Virus record (IMG/VR): IMGVR_UViG_3300042894_000460
Location: 1-35,425 of that record
Direction: 5' to 3' (one strand)
Length of the DNA: 35,425 nt
From: a virus
Taxonomy: Duplodnaviria > Caudoviricetes
Shown piece by piece: positions 8,638 through 15,245 of this stretch (the first letter of the stretch is position 1; every line of letters starts with the position of its first letter). The notes under the pieces are model-generated. The model had not been told where the DNA came from. It was given only the letters and a program-made list of their open reading frames with translations, and ran no database searches. The position numbers were made by a program, and so were the translations under genes.

Positions 8638-10067
8638 GCGGCGTAGGGGTTCTCAAGCTTACGCTGACCACTGTCTATGTAGTCGTCCATGTCGTAGTCG
8701 TCCCGCGGTGCTCCGTCGATGTCAAGCCACCCTGAGTCACGTAGGAACCTGAGACCTTGGGTGCAGGCGTCCACGAAGTCGTCATGCGTTGAGTCAGGGA
8801 AGCTACAGATCTGGGACACGAAGCCCTCAGCCCAGTCCTTGACGTAGCCCTTCCTGACACTGCTCTCAGGGATCCAGACACGCCCAGCGGCGATGATGTT
8901 GGACACGATGTTCAGGCGTTGGATCTTGTCAGCCCGACCCGGGTTATACGCCCGAACAGGCAAGTGCCCACGTTGCAAGTCTTGTATAAGAGCTATGCCT
9001 GCGGACTTGTCTTCCACGAGGATCAGGTCAACCCGCTTCTTGTTCTTGCCCTCACCGTACACCACGTCGTACTCCTCGATCACCTTGGGGCGTAGGTCTG
9101 GGTATTGCAGGCGGTCTTGCCAGCAATCGATCACCATGGCGGACATGGGGCCATCGAGTGGCTTGAACACCCCGAACGTGATAGCCGCTGTCGGATCGTT
9201 GACAGTCTTCTCCGAGCTGGCGCAGTCGTAGGACTGGATGATGTACTCGAACTTGGGGAACTCTTTGTTTGGCGCCCAGAGCTTAAACATCTCGCGCTTG
9301 ACGATCCCTGATTCCTCGGCATCTATGAGCTCCGCATGGATCTCTTGACGTCCGATCTTGGTTCCTTCATAGCTAAGAATCTGTTTCTTGAAGCTTGCAG
9401 ACAGGTTCTCAAGGTTGACGTAGGTAGACGCCGTAGTGAGGGCTACGTCGTCTCCTTCACGCCCTACGAGCTCCACAATGAGGTCTTTGGGACGTGGGGT
9501 AGTCGTGGCAATAATCTGGGTGCGACCATCTGCCTTCTTCAAGCGGACGGCGAACTGGATGTTGTACCAAGCTTCTTCAAGGTAGTCCCATGCCGCCAGC
9601 TCGTCTAGCCATGCGCCATGGTACTGACCACCACGGAAACGATCAGGTTCGCTGGCGCTGATCCCTTTGATCAGGCTCCCATTGATCAGGACGATCTCGT
9701 GCAGGGCTTTGTTGTAGTCTTTGATCAGGATCGGAGGGATCACAGCCATGAGTCCTGACTCACCTTCAAAGCAGGTTCCGCGGACGTCCATCGACGTGGG
9801 AGCGGATACCAGCCAGCGGGTGTTCGGGTTCTCCCACGCCCACCACCAGATCTGTTCTGCCGCTGTTCTTGTTTTTCCCGCACCACGCCCAGCTAACATC
9901 AGCCAGATACTCCACCATGTACCTTGGGGTAGCTTTTGATGATTGAAGGCGCCCGAGAGCCATTCCGTGCGCTTGGCGTAGGCTGATCCGTGGAACGGGC
10001 CACTCCTGCGCAGGTTGTCCTTGTCAGACAGGATCTCCAGAATCTCTGGCTCTATGACCGCGCTCAT
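8634..10067 (-). CDS. terL: Terminase large subunit
   Basis: Walker A AGRGAGKT, Walker B GAWLDE, coupling motif ATTTP, RNase H-like nuclease IQSYD...VEDK...HDDFVDA. Confidence 0.95.
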   Translation of the reverse strand: MSAVIEPEILEILSDKDNLRRSGPFHGSAYAKRTEWLSGAFNHQKLPQGTWWSIWLMLAGRGAGKTRTAAEQIWWWAWENPNTRWLVSAPTSMDVRGTCFEGESGLMAVIPPILIKDYNKALHEIVLINGSLIKGISASEPDRFRGGQYHGAWLDELAAWDYLEEAWYNIQFAVRLKKADGRTQIIATTTPRPKDLIVELVGREGDDVALTTASTYVNLENLSASFKKQILSYEGTKIGRQEIHAELIDAEESGIVKREMFKLWAPNKEFPKFEYIIQSYDCASSEKTVNDPTAAITFGVFKPLDGPMSAMVIDCWQDRLQYPDLRPKVIEEYDVVYGEGKNKKRVDLILVEDKSAGIALIQDLQRGHLPVRAYNPGRADKIQRLNIVSNIIAAGRVWIPESSVRKGYVKDWAEGFVSQICSFPDSTHDDFVDACTQGLRFLRDSGWLDIDGAPRDDYDMDDYIDSGQRKLENPYAA

Positions 10068-10624
10068 TCAGCAATCCGAATAAGCTCTAAGCGTTTGATC
10101 GCCACATCCATCTTCGCCTTCACATCTACGTCAATGATGTTACGGTCATCCTGCTCCTCAGAAGGCATTACCCGCTCGTTGTACTTCTTAGGCGCCATAC
10201 GCGCCGCTGTCCACTTGCGAGTGTCAATGCGAAGCTTCATCCATTGCACGTAAGAGGAGTCAAACTTGACCTCGACCAGCTCACCGTTCTTGTCAGTCAC
10301 GTGGCTCAGCTCTGGCGGTTGGTCAACAATGTCGATCATTTCATCGAACTGAGTCTCAGCCTGAATTTCACGTGCGCGTGTGTATTGCTCAAGAAAGTCA
10401 GCCTTGGTGGTCAACCACGTCATCACTGAAGCCATGCTTGGCATGTCGTCGTCTGAGCATATCTTGCGTAGACTCTCACCTAATCCTAACCTTGTACAGA
10501 TCTTGATAGCTAATGCATCTGAGTAGAGAGATGGTCTACCCATTTTGGCTTTCTCTTTTGTTTGCGGCTTACCTGTCACATCGGCGACATTATCGCTGGA
10601 AAGATCTTTTGGTTTCTTAGCCAT
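10064..10624 (-). CDS. terS: Terminase small subunit (Sf6-like HTH)
   Basis: GRPSLYSDALAIKICTRLGLGESLRKIC...MPS...WL...YTRARE...RIDTRKWTAARMAPKKY; immediately upstream of terL with ATGA overlap. Confidence 0.9.
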   Translation of the reverse strand: MAKKPKDLSSDNVADVTGKPQTKEKAKMGRPSLYSDALAIKICTRLGLGESLRKICSDDDMPSMASVMTWLTTKADFLEQYTRAREIQAETQFDEMIDIVDQPPELSHVTDKNGELVEVKFDSSYVQWMKLRIDTRKWTAARMAPKKYNERVMPSEEQDDRNIIDVDVKAKMDVAIKRLELIRIAE

Positions 10625-10675
10625 GTTGCAACTCCTTTAACGCAAAGTTTAACGGATCTTTGTGTTTGTATGCAA

Positions 10676-10888
10676 TCAGTCTCTCAATCCCCTCATGATC
10701 CTTCGATCCATGTCCTTGATGGTTAGCTTGTATTCTTTGTTTTGGCTTTCAAGTTTGGCGACTTTGTTGTTTGCGTGTTTCAGCTTCGACTCGAGCTCCT
10801 GCACTAGCGTCTGTAGCTCTGTGATGGCTTTGTTTGCCAGCTCAGGGTTCTCGCTGATCCAGTCAGCTTCCCAGATCTGTTCGTTCAT
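10676..10888 (-). CDS. Small coiled-coil hypothetical protein
   Basis: GGAG upstream, ATGA overlap, heptad pattern. Confidence 0.65.
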   Translation of the reverse strand: MNEQIWEADWISENPELANKAITELQTLVQELESKLKHANNKVAKLESQNKEYKLTIKDMDRRIMRGLRD

Positions 10889-11571
10889 TTGCCCTTCTCC
10901 ATCAGGTCAGCAAGCATTGTCTCAGCGTACTTGTACTGGTAGTCACCCTCGTATTTCTTGACTCCAAAGTGGCTACAGGTGTGGCGTATGTCCAAGTAGC
11001 TCTTGATCCCAGCCTCCTTGAGCTTCTTACCGATCTGGATGTCCTCTGAGATCATCCCACCATCAATGATCTGCACATCACAGATGAGCCTACGGATCTT
11101 CCCGTCGTTGTAGGGGGTTGACACGTCGTACAAGGCTTTCATGGCTTTCCTGCTTAGGCGCAAAAATCCTGTGGCTAGGTACTCTACCTCTAGGAGCCTG
11201 AGATCTTGATCCCAGCGGTGCTGTTTAGGGTCTTCTGGGCGGTGAGTGTAGCGCTCGTCGTCTGTCTTCATCCTTGCGGTGATCCCCACCACGTCTACAG
11301 GGTGGTCGAGCACATCAAAGAACGCCTGCGCATCGAACGCTTGATCCACGTCCAAAAACACAATGTCGTCTACCCCACTGTCGTAGGCGTCGCAGAACAG
11401 GTTGTTTCGGGCTTTTTGCAGGAGAGCCTCACCCATCCAGTAACTCAGGCTGAGCTGTAAGTCAGGGCGCTCCTTGGCGGCTCTTTGGAAGATGGTCACC
11501 AGTGCAATAGCGTGGTCACATACAATCTTGCCATCATAGGACGGGCTGACTATCGCTACTTTTCTGGTCAT
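10885..11571 (-). CDS. GT-A fold glycosyltransferase-like phage protein
   Basis: VAIVSPSYDG...LLQKARNNL...DIVFLDVD...ATGFLRLSR...SEDIQIG...CSHFG. Confidence 0.75.
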   Translation of the reverse strand: MTRKVAIVSPSYDGKIVCDHAIALVTIFQRAAKERPDLQLSLSYWMGEALLQKARNNLFCDAYDSGVDDIVFLDVDQAFDAQAFFDVLDHPVDVVGITARMKTDDERYTHRPEDPKQHRWDQDLRLLEVEYLATGFLRLSRKAMKALYDVSTPYNDGKIRRLICDVQIIDGGMISEDIQIGKKLKEAGIKSYLDIRHTCSHFGVKKYEGDYQYKYAETMLADLMEKGK

Positions 11572-11768
11572 TTCTTGAGTCCTCGTACGTAGGCGGCGAA
11601 GCTTGCCGTGGTATCCCCACCGTTGCGCATCTTATCGAACTCAAGCGCCACCTCTTCGAGTGTGTCATTCCTGATCTTGTTTGTGATGGGATCGAGCTGG
11701 CGTTGGATCATCTGCCTTTTGCGCCAGCCTAGCGCCCTCTCCCAGATGTTTAGTTCTGCTTCGCTCAT
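11568..11768 (-). CDS. Hypothetical protein (RNDTLEEVA type)
   Basis: Start moved to MSEAEL at 11768 because of ATGA coupling with the upstream stop. Confidence 0.65.
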   Translation of the reverse strand: MSEAELNIWERALGWRKRQMIQRQLDPITNKIRNDTLEEVALEFDKMRNGGDTTASFAAYVRGLKK

Positions 11769-12049
11769 GAGTTTTTCTCCAATAGGGCGGTTTCGATCTT
11801 CTTTGCCCACTCGAGCACCATGATCATGTTCCAGTTGGAGCTCTCAGCAGTTACACCTAAAGCTTTCTGAATCTCTTCGTCAGTAAGGCTTTCCCATTCA
11901 GGTTTGTCAGTGCTTTGCTCTACCATGTCGTAGACACCAGCCAAACAGGTTGGGCAGAAGTTGGCAGGGATCATACCGATCAACCCCTCAGCTCCACCCT
12001 CGTCATTCGTAAAGTCAACTCTACACACAGAGCATTCAATCGCGTTCAT
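11765..12049 (-). CDS. Hypothetical protein with CxxC...CxxC and a WxxLTDEEI module
   Basis: CSVC...CPTC; WESLTDEEI...IETALLEKN; AAGGA RBS. Confidence 0.65.
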   Translation of the reverse strand: MNAIECSVCRVDFTNDEGGAEGLIGMIPANFCPTCLAGVYDMVEQSTDKPEWESLTDEEIQKALGVTAESSNWNMIMVLEWAKKIETALLEKNS

Positions 12050-12287
12050 TGCTCATTCCTTTAGGTCTTGGACAATCATTTGGGGGGATTACGGCACACC
12101 AAACGGCTTTGTATTGCCCCCTTGGTGCCACTTCCCATCGGTCTATGTACACGTCAGGCATGTTCTTCAACACCTTCCTGACGTTGGTCTTTGGTCTGCT
12201 CAACAAGTCTGACAGCTCCTCTAAGGTCATGCCATCAGGTATTCCGCGGAGCGCAACACGTACGCTCTTGATCACAGCCATGGTCAT
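12036..12287 (-). CDS. HTH-like hypothetical protein (YIDRW type)
   Basis: PDGMTLEELSDLL...MPDVYIDRW...AVWCAVIPPNDCPRP. Confidence 0.65.
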   Translation of the reverse strand: MTMAVIKSVRVALRGIPDGMTLEELSDLLSRPKTNVRKVLKNMPDVYIDRWEVAPRGQYKAVWCAVIPPNDCPRPKGMSNERD

Positions 12288-12448
12288 GGAGCCCCTTTAT
12301 CGGGCTTTGGAGCCGTTTTCTGGTCGCGTTGAGGGTCAAGGTGCTTGAGAAGCTGTTCGAGGTTTATAGGGGCTATTTTCTCAAGTCGCTTAATTTCGGT
12401 CAAAACGCAGTCAACCCCTGCGTTGAACCCTTTGATGTAGTCGCTCAT
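12284..12448 (-). CDS. Small hypothetical protein (54 aa), not in the ORF track
   Basis: MSDYIKGFNAGVDCVLTEIKRLE...DKGAP*; fills the gap and is ATGA-coupled to the next gene. Confidence 0.6.
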   Translation of the reverse strand: MSDYIKGFNAGVDCVLTEIKRLEKIAPINLEQLLKHLDPQRDQKTAPKPDKGAP

Positions 12449-12459
12449 TTTGGTCTCGC

Positions 12460-12648
12460 TCATACTGGGTTGTTGGTTAAGATTTTTTTCAGGTTGACCA
12501 TCAACTGCTCAGCCTCGACCCGAGTCAGTGGGACGCTCATCATCGAGCGGCGCCCTTGCAGGCACAGCCATACGCCCTCGTCGTACTGGTCGGCACTGAC
12601 GCGAATTTCTGCCTCAGTGTTGATTGATGTTTCGATTTCGTTTGTCAT
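12460..12648 (-). CDS. Hypothetical protein
   Basis: 62 aa, tightly packed in the operon. Confidence 0.6.
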   Translation of the reverse strand: MTNEIETSINTEAEIRVSADQYDEGVWLCLQGRRSMMSVPLTRVEAEQLMVNLKKILTNNPV

Positions 12649-12651
12649 GAT

Positions 12652-12936
12652 TTAGCCGTTCCAATATTCGTTGAATGAGAGAGGTTGTGCAAAAGAATTC
12701 CATGCGTCAAGGCTGGGGAAGACGGCGTATATGTCCATCCAGTTGGTTGTCTGTCCAATCTCCAGAACGCGACCATCAGCCAGTTGGAAGCATTTGCTTC
12801 TGTTGTCCCACACACGGTTGCCAACGATTGGCTGTGCGCCAGTCATGTCAGGGCGAGAGAGGGGCTTCTCTGGCTTGACTACGTTAGGGTGCTTGGCTTG
12901 CCAGTCAGCCAAATAAGATTCGTATGCGTTGCTCAT
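12652..12936 (-). CDS. Hypothetical protein
   Basis: Start moved to MSNAYES at 12936 (AAGGAG RBS). Confidence 0.65.
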   Translation of the reverse strand: MSNAYESYLADWQAKHPNVVKPEKPLSRPDMTGAQPIVGNRVWDNRSKCFQLADGRVLEIGQTTNWMDIYAVFPSLDAWNSFAQPLSFNEYWNG

Positions 12937-12946
12937 GGTTGGCTCC

Positions 12947-13177
12947 TTAAACAGTTGCAGGCTGAAGCATAGACACAATCTTTTTGCCGAGGCGACCAAA
13001 TTGGCTGATGGATGCATAGCGGTGAACCATGCGGGGGTGGCAAGAGCCAGCATCGGCTGGGTGTGGGATTTCCCATGATGTGCTGATGTCGATAGAACCA
13101 CTGGCGCGGACAATTACGTTGTACTGCTTGCCGCCGAGGTTGATGTACTGCTTGCTGATGATTTCATGACCGTTCAT
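12947..13177 (-). CDS. Hypothetical early protein
   Basis: Start MNGHEII at 13177 (AAGGA RBS); first gene after promoter copy 1. Confidence 0.6.
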   Translation of the reverse strand: MNGHEIISKQYINLGGKQYNVIVRASGSIDISTSWEIPHPADAGSCHPRMVHRYASISQFGRLGKKIVSMLQPATV

Positions 13178-13263
13178 TTTTGATTCCTTCAAGTAACCGC
13201 CTTGTTGGCGTGATTGAATTGTAACACCAAATTAAAATGGATTGGGAGTAGGGACTTTCCCTA
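13178..13263 (-). promoter_or_regulatory. Repeated promoter element, copy 1
   Basis: Minus strand: TAGGGAAAGTCCCTA (13249-13263), TTTTAATTTGGTGTTACAAT (13218-13237; TG + TACAAT extended -10), leader hairpin CGCC-AACAA-GGCG, then RBS. Confidence 0.7.
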
Positions 13264-13276
13264 CCCCCCCTTTTTT

Positions 13277-13711
13277 TCAGAACATTGGGTTACGCGCTTC
13301 AATGTGACCTTCGACCATTGACCATGTACCGTTAGCCAACCAGCAACCTGTGTTACGGCGACGGTAGAAGGTCTTGCCTGTAGTCGTGGTAATTTTCTTC
13401 ATGGTCTTGCTGATGGACTTGATGTGACCGCAAGGGTAGTAGTCGCCATTGAAGCAGTAGGAGACTGGAGCCAAGTGCTGGGGAGCCTTGATCACGTCGT
13501 AGCGTGGTGAGCAGTATGCGCCAGCGTCAGTAGCGATGTAGTCCACGCCCTCGAAGCGGCTGGCGGCTTCTGCCACCTCTTCAGCCTGCTCAAAGGTTTT
13601 GAAGTCATTGCGTGATACCCAGCCGTCTGTGTGCTGTGTCTTGTCGCTGATCTCCACAACAATGATGTGGACTGGAGCGTGTGGGTTAGGTTGTGTTTTG
13701 AAGAAGTTCAT
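13277..13711 (-). CDS. Hypothetical early protein
   Basis: 144 aa; first gene after promoter copy 2. Confidence 0.7.
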   Translation of the reverse strand: MNFFKTQPNPHAPVHIIVVEISDKTQHTDGWVSRNDFKTFEQAEEVAEAASRFEGVDYIATDAGAYCSPRYDVIKAPQHLAPVSYCFNGDYYPCGHIKSISKTMKKITTTTGKTFYRRRNTGCWLANGTWSMVEGHIEARNPMF

Positions 13712-13795
13712 TTTGGTCTTTCAAGTAAACGCCCGATTGGCGTGGATGCATCTTAACACGAAATTAAAACGGATCAGATATAGGGACTTTCCCTA
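13712..13795 (-). promoter_or_regulatory. Repeated promoter element, copy 2
   Basis: TAGGGAAAGTCCCTA (13781-13795), TTTTAATTTCGTGTTAAGAT (13750-13769), hairpin CGCC-AATCG-GGCG. Confidence 0.7.
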
Positions 13796-14449
13796 ACATT
13801 CAATGACCCAGCCTGCAAACTCACCCATGCGGAAGAATTGCTTGGCATCCTCCCCCAAGATGGCTGGGTCGATAGGGATCTGCACCCCTGCCAAACTCAT
13901 CTCCTTGTGGAGCACGTCCTCTGGCTTGGCGCCCTGCTGGAGCTTGAACTGCATCGTAAGACGCTTTAGGACGGTCGCAAAGTACCCACCATGGTCACAG
14001 ATCTTGTCCACCACCACTATCACCCCACCTTTGACACAACGCGCTCTGAGGTCTTCTAAAACCAACTGACGCTCGTGCACAGGAATAAACATCATGGTTA
14101 AGAACACGATAAAGACTTGCGCCTCTGGGATGTCGCACTCTCTGATGTCACCCTGAACTACGGCGACGTTGTTGTGATACTTCAGGCGCTCTTGCAGGAC
14201 TTCGCACATGTTGCGGCTTTTTTCGATGGCAACCGCTTGCGCTAAGCGTTCATTCAGCAGTGGCATCAGCTTGCTCAGCATGTTCCCAGTAGACGACCCT
14301 ACGTCCACCACAATGCCGCCTTCGGTCAGGTAGTTGCGCACGATATAGCACACAGCGTCTGTGGTCATGTCGTACCACGGTAATTGCTCACGAACGTGCG
14401 AGTCAAACGTACTGGCAATCTCAGGGGTTTCAAATGTCCAAGAGCTCAT
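13793..14449 (-). CDS. cmoA: CmoA-like carboxy-S-adenosylmethionine (Cx-SAM) synthase homolog
   Basis: Colinear with E. coli CmoA as I recall it: [23 protein letters not shown] ~ [31 protein letters not shown] ~ VYDLGCSLG; GDIR...[13 protein letters not shown]....GGVIVVVDK ~ GDIR...FTLQFLEPSERQ..L....GGALVLSEK; FKLQQG....VLHKEMSL ~ FKRANG....ISQKRSML. Confidence 0.8.
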   Translation of the reverse strand: [218 protein letters not shown]

Positions 14450-15245
14450 CTTTTTCTTTCGCTAAGTTTTTGACCAAGTAGTTGTAGATTCCAACCACTG
14501 ACTTGTGCCTTCCCACGTTCAGATCCGTGGTTAGGAGCTTCTCAAAGTGCTCAGAGATACCTGAGTCACCCTTCTGAAAGTTTGTGTGCTTAAACACCCG
14601 TATACGCTTGAACTGCTCAGGGAATGCGTCAAGGATGGGTTGCTTCTGGTGGGGGCGGTTGACCTCATCCCACGTAGACCCCCTGAGCTCGTCAATCATC
14701 TCCTGCGTCATGTAGGGTGCAATCCAGCATTTCTTGTAGACCATGCTGAGCTTCCTGTGGATGTGCTCCTGCCCGTAAGAGGGGTTAGAGAACAGGGCAT
14801 CCCTGAACTCATCGATCCTGTTTTTGAAATGCATCATTCCTTTTTTGCTGATGCAGAAGTGCCCGTCAGCACCCATACCAGAGAAGATCTCGTGTTCGCG
14901 GATGGTCTTGTAAGCGTAGAGCATTGGCCAACCACACTCAAAGTCCGTCTTCTTCCTAGCCCCAAACCTCACCAAATCCACCAAGTCTTCCCTGAGCACG
15001 TCAATGCTCGTGGGTAGCGGTATCTGCACAAACGGTACGCCAAACTCCTTAGCTGTGATCTGCGCATACTTCACGTCGGTTGACGTTCTGTCGTCCAAGC
15101 AAAAAGAATACGCTGTAACGCGCTTACCAGCCTCTAGCAACGCGAATAGAACGCTGGATGAGTCTACCCCTGCGCTAAGCAAAACAGCGGCTTCATTCGA
15201 CGGTGTACCAGCGCTTTGGAGCAAAACCTTTTTGATGTCAATCAT
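14430..15245 (-). CDS. Asparagine-synthetase-like ATP-dependent amide ligase (synthetase domain only, no glutaminase domain)
   Basis: PP-loop LLSAGVDSS; IFSGMGADGHF (AsnB SGEGADE equivalent); IAPY; K..I..AF...FQKG. Start moved to MIDIKK at 15245 (ATGA overlap with the MTase stop). Confidence 0.8.
   Translation of the reverse strand: MIDIKKVLLQSAGTPSNEAAVLLSAGVDSSSVLFALLEAGKRVTAYSFCLDDRTSTDVKYAQITAKEFGVPFVQIPLPTSIDVLREDLVDLVRFGARKKTDFECGWPMLYAYKTIREHEIFSGMGADGHFCISKKGMMHFKNRIDEFRDALFSNPSYGQEHIHRKLSMVYKKCWIAPYMTQEMIDELRGSTWDEVNRPHQKQPILDAFPEQFKRIRVFKHTNFQKGDSGISEHFEKLLTTDLNVGRHKSVVGIYNYLVKNLAKEKDELLDI

Noticed and set aside
13244-13277. Hairpin plus C7-T7 run as a terminator or phase-variable tract
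   Set aside because: The T-run is on the plus strand, opposite to local transcription; the tract is intergenic, and the stem is explained by the repeated palindrome
13793-14449. tRNA-modification role for the CmoA homolog
   Set aside because: No cmoB or tRNA genes in the window; coupling to a DNA MTase with Cx-SAM-compatible substitutions is a better explanation, although the tRNA role is not formally excluded
14430-15245. QueC / 7-deazaguanine pathway
   Set aside because: Has the AsnB-type SGxGAD motif, lacks the QueC C-terminal Cys cluster, and there is no folE/queD/queE/dpdA
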